Positions 1 to 12,764 of a stretch of DNA of 64,000 nucleotides are shown piece by piece (the stretch's first letter is position 1; each line of letters begins with the position of its first letter). The notes under the pieces are model-generated. The model was not told the DNA's origin and did no database searches. It was given only the letters and a program-made list of their open reading frames with translations. This DNA comes from Utricularia gibba (lineage: Eukaryota; Plantae; Magnoliophyta): contig CM007990.1 in the NCBI GenBank assembly GCA_002189035.1, forward strand, positions 620,001 to 684,000, read 5' to 3'. Made by a program: the position numbers and the translations under genes.

Positions 1-75
1 TAAGCATTTCAATTTTGTGTATGTCAATTCCAAGGATGCTCTTCATGATATAAAGCCAATATTTTGTTCTTGCAG

Positions 76-1559
76 AAAGCTCTGTTGGCCAATCTTGAGT
101 CTGATCTTATAAAATGCGAAAACAAGTACAGATTCATCCAATGTGTGGTGGAAGGTAGCATTATTGTCAGTAACAGGAGAAGGGCTGATTTGTTCCTTGA
201 GTTGAAAGAAAAAGGTTTTGCTCCACTTTCAAAGAAGTCAGCCGCTGAAGCAGACTCATCCGATGATGCAGAAGAGAATGAAGAAAATGGGGAGTCGGCA
301 AGCGATTATGATTACTTGCTGGCTCTGGCCATTGGTACCTTGACAGTCGAAAGGATGCAGGCTTTACGAGCTGAGAGAGATAAGCTTCTGCAAGAATTTG
401 AGGACTTGAAAAGAGCATCATCAAAGTCTTTGTGGATGAAAGATCTGGATGCCCTCGAGGAGAAACTTAAGGTAAGCCCGAAAACGGGTTTTCTGCAATG
501 AGGTAGATGGTGCTTTATTCCTTAATCTGAGCACTGAATCCAGGAACTGGAGAAGGAAGATCAAGCGAAGGAGAAGAACAGATCAAAAATGGTCGGCGCA
601 AAGGTATCAAAACCAGTGTTGAAGATCCCACGGAAGAATAACAAGGCAACTAAAGTGCCAGTTAGTGAGCAGCCTGAACCAGCAGGTAACATCGGAGATG
701 GTGCAGATAGCTTTTAAGAAAGTGCTTTTCTTTCTCTTTTTTATATAACGAAGTTTTTAAATCGTTGCGGGAAATGCAGATGAGGTTAAGAAACCAAAAG
801 GGGTAGCGCGCACCAAAAGGAAAGCTCCTTCTGTTGCGAAGGTAGGGAAATCTTCACACGCTTTTGCATGAACTTGAAGTATCGGGCATGTCATTTATCT
901 TGACATGATTTACGCAGGCTGTAGTCCCTGCCGATGATGATGAAATTTCTGATCTCAGACAGAGGATAGCATCATATAACTTTGACTCATCTCCTGATGG
1001 AATCGAAGGTAAACTGCAGAATGCTGCATGTTATTTCAACAGATCAAAAGTGAACCATACGAATCTTCTTTCAGGGAATCAAGCGATGAACAAGGAACAG
1101 ACAGGTGCAGCCCAGAGAACGATGTCTTCCACTGACATCGAGATCCTCGATGAAGACGATTTTGAGCCATCACAGGAAAAGAAAAAGAAGGCAGCTGCAA
1201 AACGAGCAGTTACCGCAGCCAAGCCTCCAGCTGGACCAAAGAAACGAGGATCGGCTAGCAAGCCCTCGCAGCTTGTAGGCCAGAGATTGATAACAGAAGT
1301 CTTGCAAGTTGAAAATCCCCGTGGAAAGAAAGCCAGGAAGCTGAGTAACTCAGTTTCTGAGGAAGAGGACACTTCTTCAGGCAACAGCACCACCGATGCT
1401 GGCTTCTTAAATGATCATCCTGCTCCTCCTGCAGTGAGACCCCAGAGAGCTAGAACCCAGAAAACATATACCATAAGCGACGATTCCGAAAGCGAACCAT
1501 CGGATAAAGACAGTGATGCTGCAGAAGATGACTCCGACTTTGCGGAGGATGATGATTGA
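76..1559 (+). CDS. TOP2: DNA topoisomerase II, C-terminal exons (gene starts upstream of the window)
   Basis: Spliced exons 76-471, 544-685, 780-841, 918-1008 and 1075-1559 join in frame with GT-AG introns. The protein has the eukaryotic Topo II C-terminal motifs (RFIQCVVEG..IVSNRRRADL..ELKEKGF, DYDYLL, SLWMKDLD) followed by a K/D/S-rich low-complexity tail. Confidence 0.93.
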
Positions 1560-1811
1560 TGATGCTGCTGCGTAATTTTTCTTCGCAGTCATTTCTTGTT
1601 GACTGAACGAAGTAATTGATTGATTTCTACTGAAGGGTTCATGTGTTCTTGAGCTGCTAGTTTGCCTTGAAAGGATGGAATGAACATTAAAACGTTCATT
1701 CCAATCCAATGCCTTGAAATGAATGATGCATAAGAGAGATCTTATCAGGGAGAGTCAAATACAGGAAAAAAAGCAAGGAACTGAGGCATTTGAGTTCTCT
1801 AAATATGGCTA

Positions 1812-4800
1812 TCACTTCACAAGGCTTCTCCTCTTTGCTTCCATTTTCAACAGGAGATCCTTGACATCATTCTCCATCCTCATTTTCATGTTGAAGTATT
1901 CTTGATAGGCTCGTTCAAGACTTTGCAGCTCTTCCATCTTCTGTTTATGGGTGTCCTCAGCCTCGGACAACCGAAGACGATTGATTCTGAGGGCGTATTC
2001 TTCCTCAATCCTGTCATTTTTCGAAACCAAAATGCGCCTCAGAGATTCGGATTCTCTTCTTGCTTCATCCGCACGAGCTTGGAACATGCTGGCCTCTGCA
2101 AATTTGATTCTGACCAGTCTCTGAAGTTCATCAAATGCAGGGTCTTTCTGCATATCCTTCTTGAGATCTTCTTCCACAATAACCACATGTTTCCCACCAC
2201 GGTTGCTTCTATCATAACCAGAAAGTGAATTCACTGATCCTTCCAAGTTCACTGTTTTTTCCTGATGAGCTGTTCTCAACCACCCTTTTCCTTGGCTCGA
2301 GCTGGGATTGCCATTGAAGCTTTCCTGGATCTTTGGAGGTAATTCGTTGATAGGTTTGACGACAACGTTGTTGGGCTCATCTGGTGTTGTGTCTGAATGA
2401 AGCAAACAACGATAATGAGCAAAATTAGAACCTGAGCAACGCAAGACTCAAAGACAGCATAGCTAATATATCAACTCAACAAGAAACTTCTCAAGTTGCA
2501 TATAAAGCGCATGATTCCAGAACAAATAGCAAACAAAAATCTAGATTCTCCAATGTTACCTGTGAAAAACTTGATGATCGTATTCCGAATATCAAATAGA
2601 TCATTTCTATTGGAAATTCTGGACTTCATCTGCGCAGCAAGTTCATGCAACTGCTTTCCTCTAACATCTTCACTGGTGCAGAAGATTCTTTTAACGAAAT
2701 CAAGTTCCCTGGAAAGGGTTTCTGCTGTCCAGACATTCAAAAAGTTCAGGAAAACTTCCTTCACAAAACCAAACATTTCAGAGGGGTGGCCACAGGCAAC
2801 GCAATAGAACTGCACTTTTGTGGTTCCTACAGGTCCCATTGGGTCATGACCACCTCTGATGTAAGATTCTCTTAATCCACAGTCAGCATGGCACCAGTGA
2901 AGGCATAAATCACATCCAACCCAACTACACGTGTTTGCTGCATTATCGAACTTTGAGCACACAAGACACATACACTCACGACAGAAGTCGCTTCGTTGTG
3001 TGCATATTTTACAATCACATTCATCCACAGGCAAAAGGCTCTTACACTTGAGATTTCTGCATCTCATGTTCAGAAATATTTCAGCCAACTCAGATGAGGG
3101 GATGTCGCTCTTTTTAAGAATAAATTCTCTAAGACCAGTTTTCAAAGCCACCAAGATTTCCAATTGACTACGATGTGCGTTCAGTAACATATATAGGGAT
3201 ATATCTTGTCTCTTCAGTAACGTTGTTTGCAAAGAACTCAACTGCCACTGCTTGATTGGATTAGAGGTTATCTCATGGACATATTCTTTCATGCTTGCTA
3301 GTTGTTCCGGACTCATATCACTGAACTTTTGAGACATTGTGTGTATTGGTTCAGAAACCATCATCAAAACAGCAGACTCTGCAAAGTCGGACCCAGGCAT
3401 CCGTGCTTCCATTTTTCCATCATTGCATCTTTGCGAATCACTGCTTTCTATTTTCCGCTTTTCCCTGGAGTTTTCAAGTCCATTATCATAAGAACCAAAG
3501 TAGTGACCACCTGATAAATGCGTATTTAAACCACTCTTACTATCAAATACAATCTGCTGTTTGGAGTTCCCCCCCAAAACTTTCATGTGCTGTACTCCAG
3601 CTTCTCCACTGGCATCACCTTTAGACAAATGCGACTGCTGATGCAAGCCATTTTCTTCTGATCGGCTTTTCAGATATAATTGAAAGTCTATATTTTTATT
3701 CTCATCTGAAGACAAGGCCTTCCAATCAACGTTCTGAAACAATGGTTTGCTTTTGACAGATTGCTCATTGTCTAGTGTGTTCTGAGTCAAGGAACAACTT
3801 GGATTATGACTGAACTGCTGAGTGCCGGAAAATGACACTGAAGCTGTATATCTATCAGAAAGCGTTCGGCAAGTGCTAGCAAATGAGTGAATACTTCTTG
3901 TTTGGGTAGGCGAAGCAGGAGCCACCCCTCTATTTTGGGATCCTAAGGGCAAAAGAATATTTGGTAGGCTAAGAGAAAGTTCAAGGGCCAATGCATCATC
4001 CTTCGAATTAGCCAAATGTTCACCAGTATCCAATTTCTTTATCGGATCATTAGCGAAAAACTGGAAACCCCTACTACTTGACCCCTGCATCTCAATGTCT
4101 CTGCTTATAGGAAGATCCCTGGACTTGCCCTCCAACTCCATATTGTTTTCTGAAAGCTGAACACATTCAGACTGTGATACAGCAATGCCCTTTCCCTTAT
4201 CAGTCAAATTTTGGCTCTCCTTTTTCCCTTCTGAAAGTAGATCAGCACTTACTGTTTTTTCCTCTTTTGTTTCCAAGACTTGTACGTCATCCGTCACTTG
4301 GCCTTTGATCCCACTGTCATCACAATGCCCAGGTAATGATGAAGCATCATTATAAACTTTCACTGTGCTATCCACAAATCTGCCAGCATATCCGCTATCC
4401 AGCACAGTGTTGCAACCTTCGTTTTCTATCCTACTCGAATCATTATTTCTAACCCCAACTGTTTCTCGGCAACTTATTTCCTCCATGATACCTTCAGCGT
4501 CATCAAGACCTGTATTTTGCACTGGATCCCCAGAGCCTTTAACTACATCTGTATCTTCATTCTTGGAAGACAATGTGCCTGGCTTGTCCTGTGGAATATT
4601 ATCAACCCCATGGTTTTCATCTTTTACCCCCTTCTCAGAAGAGTTTACAGCAGCCTCACTATCATTGACAGTTTCTGTCAATCTAACATGAGGCTGATGA
4701 TCAGGATCCAGTTCACCTTCTTCGCGCTCAATGCCAGTGGCAGTGCTTTCAATTAGCATATCCTCACATTTCTTGCCATCAACACTCCTTGAAAGCTCAC

Positions 4801-5431
4801 TTCCAGAATCCTTAGACCACGCAGGAGATTTCGCATCTCTAGAACCCTGAGAGCTCACTGAATTCTTCATTTTAGCCACTTCCTTTTTTTCTGTTCTATT
4901 CAATCGAGCTGACTCAGAACTTCCCCAACTCCGATCATCTCCATCCTTGCCAGCTCCAAATCTCCTCCATGATGCACCTATTCCTTCTTTCTTTGGCCTA
5001 TCCCTCTCTGACCTAAACCACCTTGGAAAGTCTCTTCTGGGCCCAGAAAAGCTCTGTGATCGATGCAAGTGATTTGCCCCATATCCAGCCCTTGGTGAAG
5101 AGCTCAAAATCCCCCTCTCACTCCCTTCTCTTTGTCGATCATACCCTTTTCTCCTATCATAACTCTCCAAATCATAATCTGAGCGCCTCTTGACCAATCT
5201 TGAGCTCTCCCTTTCGTCCTCCAACGTATCATATCTAGACGTAGAAGAAGAAAAAACTCTTCTGCCACTGTCAGATGACTTGTAATACGAGCTGCTCCTA
5301 TGCAAAGAAGAAGACATCGACGAACGTTGTGAACCAGTTTCTTCATCCCTTCTCCCCCAATCCTTCACCACACCCCTCTCTCCGTACGATTGTGTATCAT
5401 CATCGTCATCAATCGATCTCAATCTCTTCAT
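1812..5431 (-). CDS. OBE4: OBERON-like PHD-finger / coiled-coil protein (OBERON4 / TITANIA2-like)
   Basis: Exon 5431-2560 plus exon 2431-1812, joined by a phase-1 GT-AG intron (2559-2432). Oberon PHD motif (CRNLKC..LPVDECDCKIC..FCRECMCLVCSKFD..CSWVGCDLCLHWCHADC), C-terminal coiled coil (FQARADEARRESE..EEEY) and an N-terminus MKRLRS typical of OBE4. Confidence 0.9.
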
Positions 5432-6267
5432 ACTTTAAACTAGCACAGCCAATATCAACAACTGCAAGCAGAAAGCAAACGCAAACCAAGATTACCCACA
5501 CCAATTACACCCCAGAAAAGAAGCAAACCAAAAGGAGGTCAAAAACCCTGAAATGAAACTCAAAGGCAATCAGTTCATCAAAACAAACGCACCACTAAAT
5601 CCCCAAAAGACACAATTTTAACCTCACACACCGGCCACATTCGCCAATCTCCAACACTTAACAACCCATCTTTCACCAAACCCACCCATCCCCCACAAAT
5701 CAACAAAAAAACAACCATAAAAAACGTAGAAGCACCTGAAAATGAACAACGTCAGCTTCCAACTACAGGCAGCTCCAAGCAAACAGAAAGCCCACCTACA
5801 GTCCCTCAGAGAAAGGAATCGAAGGAAGCTTGTTGAATAGGGTTCACAGAGGGCATTCTTCCGCGCGATAATGGTAGCGGAAAAGGAGGAGAAACTGCAT
5901 ACGCAAGGTACAGTGGAGCTGGTGATTTGGTCAACCCTGCTTTGAAAACACAACAGTCTCCTTTGCCCTTCCCCTTTCTCCCTCTATTTATTCACAAATA
6001 TCCATAATTAGTAAATTCAACCTTCGCATGCACATAATCACTCCCCACAGTCATAGCTTTTGATACCTTATTTTAGAAATTTACGTTGGATAAAATTGCT
6101 TGAAAATATATTTTAAAACCCGTTTATTGTCTAAATTCAGTTTTTGTATATTCTTAATTTTTTAAATCTCTTTTCCTTTTAGATAAATATAATAATAATA
6201 ATAATAATTAATTTCTTATTTTTGTCTCATGAATGGGACCGCTTTGACTCTCTTTGGATCTTGATTG

Positions 6268-6343
6268 TGGGCCCTCTATCTATTGGGCCGAAACTACTGG
6301 GCCCACTGGAGGTCTTACGTTTTTCTCCAAATTTCCCGGCCCA
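6268..6343. promoter_or_regulatory. Cluster of site II (TGGGCY) elements plus an E2F-like TTTCCCGG in the divergent OBE4 / ERD6-like spacer
   Basis: TGGGCC at 6268 and 6284, TGGGCCCA at 6298, GGCCCA at 6338, TTTCCCGG at 6332-6339. Motif match only. Confidence 0.55.
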
Positions 6344-6621
6344 GATTTATTAAGAATAAATAAATAGGTAATAGAATTAGAAGCACAGCCTCGACTATAA
6401 TTTTTTCTTTTTGGAAATTTAATTTCATGATTTTTTTATTTGAAAATTGAAAATGTAAAAAAATAGTAAATAAGAAAAATACAATACAACAGGTTTCAGA
6501 CATTCTATTTATTTATTTATGTTTTAAATTTGAAGCGACTGGTGGTTATGAAAACTTTGAGTAGACTCGGACTTGGTGGCAGCTGCCGTTTTGCGGCACG
6601 GCAACTTCGAATCTTCGACGG

Positions 6622-9329
6622 ATGGCGGCTGCTGAAGGTGGTGTAACCGTCACGCCTCTGCTGCGTCCGAGCGCACCCACTGGCGGCGCCGTCACCCCTA
6701 TTCTAGTTCTGAGTACACTTGTGGCGGTTTCAGGCTCCTACGTCTTTGGCTCTGCGGTAAGTGCGGGGGATGAAGTGGGTGGTTGTGAATCAGAGGTTGA
6801 CGATGATTTTTCAGGTGGGTTTTTCTTCACCTGCTCAATCCGGGATTCTGGATGATCTTGGTTTGACGTTGGCGGAGGTGAGGTGGGATTGGAGCTTTTG
6901 ATTGAGTTGGACTCTAAGGCATTTAAGTTTGTTCTCGTTCACTTTTCATCAGTATTCATTGTTTGGGTCGATATCTACAATTGGTGCGATGATTGGAGCT
7001 ATGGTAAGTGGGAAGATTGCTGATGTCTTAGGAAGGAGGGGGGTAAGAGTTCATTCATCTCCGCATTCATTCCTAATTTAGTACCTATTCTGAAAAAGAG
7101 GGATTTAGTAAAATCGCATCTTCTAACAGAGATTATTTTTCGTGCTGCAGGCAATGGGATTTGCTGAAGTGTTCAACATCGGTGGATGGCTTGCAATAGC
7201 ATTTTCTAAGGTGATGGACTCTGCGGTGGCTCCATTTAATCCTTTTTCAAGAAATGAAGGAAGCTTAACGAGTGTCACTTCCCTCCCATAGAATGCATGG
7301 TGGCTTGATCTTGGGAGACTTTCAACAGGGTTTGGAGTTGGGCTTCTTTCGTATGTGGTACATAGTTTCAAAGAAGCATCCTATCCATTCTGTAGTCTTG
7401 CAAGTCTTTGAGTCCTTTGAATCGATAGGTACCAATATATATAGCAGAAATCACACCTAGGAATCTACGAGGAGCATTCACTGCCCTAAACCAGGTAATA
7501 ACCTGCTTCATGAAGCTGTTTTGTCTCAGAGTCTGATATCATGGATATGCTTATTCCTTAGCTAATGATATGCTGTGGAGTCTCAGTAATGTATCTTGTT
7601 GGAAATGTCATCACATGGCGCATCTTGGCATTAGTTGGTATCTCATCTCGACTTGCATATTATCATATTCACTAGTTGTTGATGTACACAACTTTGGTGA
7701 AGTATATATACTCTGACTTTGTTCCAGGAATTATTCCATGCTTGATACAACTCATTGGCCTTGCCTTCATTCCAGAGTCTCCTAGATGGCTGGTAAGATT
7801 ACACACATTTTGGAGTATGTTTGTATTTGGTTACAGAAGCATGGTCATGATCTTTTTGTATTCTTCATTTTCAGGCAGTAGTTGACAAATGGGATGCCAG
7901 CGAAACATCCTTGTTGCGGCTCAGGGAAGGAATACTGATGCTTTTGAAGAAGCAACTGAAATTCGAGTAATCAGTTTTTGACCTGATGCTAGTTGCTTCT
8001 GGTGCTTGCATGCCATAATGTATTCTAATTGAGAAACATTGGAAACAGGATCATACAAGAGTTCTAGAGCAACTCAAAGATGCAAGACTAGTGGACTTGT
8101 TTCAAAGAAAATATGCTTACTCTCTCACTGTAATGCATCATTCCTTCTCTCACACACATGTTGCCATTTGCTAATGTCCTTTGATCTAATTTTGGTTCAC
8201 TCAGGTGGGAGTTGGCTTGATGGTGCTGCAACAGTTTGGAGGAGTTAACGCCATTGTTTACTACGCAAGCACTATATTTTCATCTGCTGGTAGTAAACTG
8301 AGTTTTTCAGGTTCATGGTAAATCAATACATGCTAGTGAATGAACAGTTGAATGAAACTACAATATTACTACAGGTTTCTCACACAGACTTGGTACAACA
8401 TCCATGGTGCTTGTTAAGGTAAATATATGTCTTGAGTGTTGCCAGCTCTTCAGACAGTCATCTTCCACCACTGAAAACATCCCGGTTTGCAGGTCCCTAT
8501 GACCATGATCAGTACACTTCTCACAGACAAATCTGGACGGCGCCCATTGCTACTGGTGAGAAATTTTCAATCCCCTCCATCAAGAATAGGAAGACATCAT
8601 TTTTCTTTTTCCTGGTGCAGGTTTCAGCCGCTGGAACTTGCGTTGGGAGCTTCCTGATTGGATTATCCTTCTTCTTACAGGTCAAATTAACATAAAAACC
8701 TCTTTCATGAAGGCTAATTCTTCTACTGATTCTGAACTTCAAGTGCAGGAGCTTAAGGCTTGGGACTTTGCACCCTCTCTAGCATTCACAGGCGTCTTGG
8801 TGATCCCCTGTCTCAAACCATTCAAACATTATCTTCTAGGTGCCACCATTTCACCCCATGCCCTTTCTTCAGATCTTCACAGGCTCCTTCTCCTTAGGCA
8901 TGGGTGGCATTCCTTGGGTGATCACATCCGAGGTACGAGTTCCATCCACTCTTTCGTAAAATCGAGGCCCCGCTTGCTCCTCAGAAGTGTTGATCACGGT
9001 TTCAGATCTTCCCCATAAACGTGAAAGGCAGAGCTGGTAGTCTGGCGACAGTAGTAAACTGGTTTGGGTCATGGATAGTTACCTATTCCTTCAACTTTGC
9101 AGCTCAATGGAGCTCATCAGGTGACAGACACTTGGATAACTGATTCCCTGTGAACTGAACACATAAATGGCTTAATCTTGCTGCCTTTGTTTCAGGCACC
9201 TTCTTCATCTTCGCAGCTGTTTCTGGGTTCACTGTCATCTTTGTGCTTTGGCTGGTTCCAGAGACCAAAGGCCGCTCCCTGGAGGAGATACAAGCTTCCA
9301 TGGTTTCCAAGGAGGGGCTTCTTCTGTGA
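6622..9329 (+). CDS. Sugar transporter ERD6-like (MFS), 18 exons, with an apparent 1-nt frameshift in exon 9
   Basis: Hand-spliced exons give [66 protein letters not shown] and [13 protein letters not shown], with the exon layout typical of the ERD6-like family. Exon 9 (7875-7966) is 92 nt where 93 nt is needed. Confidence 0.92.
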
Positions 9330-9705
9330 TGATCACCCACAAATCTGTATGAAATGTAATGTTATTAATCTGTGTTTGGTAACCTTGTTTAAGCTATTAA
9401 ACATACACATGTTCGAGAATTATGTTCGTTTGATAAAAATATATCGATTGAATCGTTTTTTATTACGAACATTAATTAAATTGTTTTTCTGAGTGATTTA
9501 TAGTTTTTTTATATTGAAATAAATTTAATTAGTAAAATATTTATATAATTTATGTAATATAAATTTTTATGTGTTTTTTTTATTTAAATACGAGTTTTTT
9601 TACGGGAATTTTCTACAAATATTTTAATATATCAAAGCAGTTTATAAAGGTATATATCTGCTAAGTGGTTATGAATGAGAGTCTTGTTATCGTCCGCCGT
9701 GAGAA

Positions 9706-11109
9706 ATGGCTGCCGCCGCATCAAGCTCCTTAAGAATACTTCTTCTCGGCGGCGCTAATTGGGGTCGTCAAAACGGCGCCGCGTTAACCCGCCAAGTGTG
9801 CCGTCCGGTGCCGCGGAGAAATAGTAGTCGCTTCTACTCTTCACGGCGGAATGTAGTGGAGATTCTTCAAGAGCGAGGGCTCGTAGAATCGCTAACTGGT
9901 GACTTCTCCGATCGCTCTTCCCTCGGAGTTTACTGCGGGTTTGATCCCACGGCTGAGAGCCTCCATCTAGGGAATCTCATAGGCCTAATCGTGCTTTCCT
10001 GGTTCATGCGCTGCGGCCATGGCGCAGTCGCTCTCATCGGAGGTGCGACAGGACGCGTCGGTGACCCTTCCGGTAAGAGCCTTGAGCGGCCAGAGCTTGA
10101 CGGCGCCACCTTGGAAAGGAATATCTTGGCCATTTCTGCCACCGTAAACACTATTTTGCGGCGGGTTTCGCCGTCGTCGAATTTTAGGATACTAAACAAT
10201 TACGATTGGTGGAAAGATGTGAAGTTGCTCGATTTTCTCAGAGACGTGGGACGATTCGCGCGAGTTGGGACGATGATGTCGAAGGAAAGCGTTCGGAAGA
10301 GGCTGGAATCTGAGCAAGGAATGAGCTATACTGAATTCACCTATCAGCTGCTGCAGGGGTACGATTTCCTCCATCTCTTCAGAAGCGAAGGCGTGAATGT
10401 TCAGATCGGTGGCAGCGATCAATGGGGCAACATCACCGCTGGTACAGATCTCATTCGACGGATTCTTCAGACGGAAGGTGCTCATGGGCTCACATTTCCT
10501 CTTCTCCTCAAGAACGACGGTACCAAATTCGGCAAGTCCGAGGATGGAGCCATTTGGTTGTCTCCCTCCATGTTAACCCCTTATCAGTTCTACCAATACT
10601 TCTTCTCAGTCTCCGATGAGGAAGTGATCAGGTTCCTAAAGATGCTGACTTTCCTTGGCATTGAAGAGATTTCCTTGATTGAGGAACAAATGCAGGCCCG
10701 TGATTATATCCCCAACACGGCTCAGCGCAGGCTGGCCGAGGAGGTAACCCGATTTGTTCATGGTGAAGAGGGGCTTGATGAGGCAGTGAAAGCAACTCGG
10801 GCATTGAGGCCTGGTGCTGAAACAAAACTTGACTTGAATAGCATTATGAGCATTGCGGGAGATGTCCCATCTTGCTCGCTGCCACAGGATGAGGTCTTGA
10901 ACCTTCCTCTTGTAGACCTTTCGGTCACAGCCGGCTTGCTCGATAGTAAATCCGCAGCTAGGCGCCTTCTCAAGCAAGGAGGGCTTTATTTGAACAACGT
11001 TCGGATCGATAGCGAAGCCAAGATAATTGAGCCTGATGACATTGTTGATGGCAAGCTCATCCTGTTGTCTGCAGGGAAGAAGAACAAGATGGTTGTGAGA
11101 ATATCTTGA
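9706..11109 (+). CDS. Tyrosine--tRNA ligase, bacterial type, plastid/mitochondrial, single exon
   Basis: 467-aa ORF with an N-terminal transit-peptide-like region, YCGFDPTAESLHLGN (HIGH-like), QIGGSDQWGNI, KFGKS and a C-terminal S4-like domain. Confidence 0.95.
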   Translation: MAAAASSSLRILLLGGANWGRQNGAALTRQVCRPVPRRNSSRFYSSRRNVVEILQERGLVESLTGDFSDRSSLGVYCGFDPTAESLHLGNLIGLIVLSWFMRCGHGAVALIGGATGRVGDPSGKSLERPELDGATLERNILAISATVNTILRRVSPSSNFRILNNYDWWKDVKLLDFLRDVGRFARVGTMMSKESVRKRLESEQGMSYTEFTYQLLQGYDFLHLFRSEGVNVQIGGSDQWGNITAGTDLIRRILQTEGAHGLTFPLLLKNDGTKFGKSEDGAIWLSPSMLTPYQFYQYFFSVSDEEVIRFLKMLTFLGIEEISLIEEQMQARDYIPNTAQRRLAEEVTRFVHGEEGLDEAVKATRALRPGAETKLDLNSIMSIAGDVPSCSLPQDEVLNLPLVDLSVTAGLLDSKSAARRLLKQGGLYLNNVRIDSEAKIIEPDDIVDGKLILLSAGKKNKMVVRIS

Positions 11110-11616
11110 TACCTTACCTTGCTGCCTTTGTTTATGTCGATTTCTTTGCTGTTTAGTATACAAAATGTTGACTCATGGCGGAGGAAATTCTGTTTTTGAG
11201 TTCCATTACTTTTTCAATGAACAGTTGAAGGTGCTCGTTTCTTGTACACATAGCTTCGTGATACGAGTGTCAGTTCATTCAAAGAGTCTAAAATGCTTCA
11301 GCCAAGTGTAGAAATGTTGTACTTTCATGAATTGATTTTGTTGGCAGTTGACAGAAAGCAGACATCATACCGCATTTTACATAGTTTTGTAGGCAGTTGC
11401 ACATACTCAAAGCAGAAAAAAAAAATCCAAAACAAACGTAGCCAATAAGCAGCAAACTTGAAAGACACACTGGAGAATGTCGTAAACACTATGAACATCA
11501 GATGCAGAGGCGAAAAAACTAGTCTGCTGTTGACATCTAAGACTGTCTAAAACAATCAGAACTTGAGATGGAGGCTCGTAGGGCTGGAATCCAGACGAAG
11601 TTTCCCCATTCCCTAT

Positions 11617-12764
11617 TCAAGATTTCTGCATGAGAAAACAATGGAGTATGGGTTGAAAGACCAGTGAAGCTAGAAATTCCAATTCACATTCAGAAGCTCA
11701 TCCCAAAGGCTTGCCTGCATAGGTAGGTAGAGTTTGAACTCTGGTGGAAGTTCCTCCTCTGAGTACAGGCGATCGGAGAAATATATCCTTCTCAAGCGGC
11801 AGTTGGCATGCACCTGAACTCTCAAAGTCTCAACATAGTTGGTCCCATATGCACGGCGCATTAGATCAGTAAGGTTCAGCTGAATTTGATTCCATCCATC
11901 ATCCATCCTCAGCGGCATGGTGCAAATAAATGGTTTAACTCTCGTGCTAGCCTAAATGATCAGTATAGAATCTTAACCAGAGAAATACCAAGACTGAATT
12001 CTGCAGCATATCATAAATTAAAACTAAAGAAAGGCATATATGGTTCCACAACAGAATAGTGTCTAACTCTGGCTCAACTATTTGAATTCAACTAATAAAC
12101 AAAATACCCAAAACGAGGCTGCCATTTATACCACAAGAAACTAGAGCCATCACATAACCACAAACACAGAAACTTACGGACTTGAAAGTTAGATGCTCGA
12201 AATCGTCTGCGGACATTTTTGTCATCCAGCACCTGGATTTCAAATGTGAAATACTTTTTGGTATTTTTGACAATCATTACAAAAAATGGTAGCTTAATTC
12301 CAAGGGTTGCCGCTGGATCAGCTGGGCAGGTTATGTATGCAGACTGGACATTTGACCCAACTATTTCAAGGACATTGGACTGTATGTCATCATCTTGTAA
12401 CCTCTTGATTTGTCCATTTACTACTGCAAGATTAAATTTTTTCCAGGAAAGTATAAGAAAGAATTGTCTTTTTTCGCAAAAGGGCACAAAAGAAGTCACT
12501 AGAAACAACACTAGAAAGGCGACTCAATGGAAGATACAGAAAATCAAAAAGCCTTTACTTTCTTTATCCCATATCTGAAGAGGCTTGCTCCTGAAAAATG
12601 AAACAGACAAGGGAATTCAGCACGGTGAAACAAACAAGTTAAACAAAAAGGCAATCTCAAAACTCTGATCTTCGCGCAATGGCTGACAAAAAAGCTAACA
12701 TAAACCCGTACCCAAGGCTGTAAAGGATGGAAAGGAATCCAGACTGGAACGTGTTCTTAAACAT
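11617..12764 (-). CDS. CFAP20: Cilia- and flagella-associated protein 20 (BUG22)
   Basis: Exons 12764-12712, 12590-12559, 12423-12182, 11951-11715 and 11625-11617 give [25 protein letters not shown]...[63 protein letters not shown]. Confidence 0.95.

Noticed and set aside
9930-11163. Antisense ORFs over TyrRS (e.g. 10636-11163, 175 aa), and similar ORFs over OBE4, SUN, HIPP and 59671-60063
   Set aside because: Shadow ORFs opposite real coding sequence, with no recognisable motifs.
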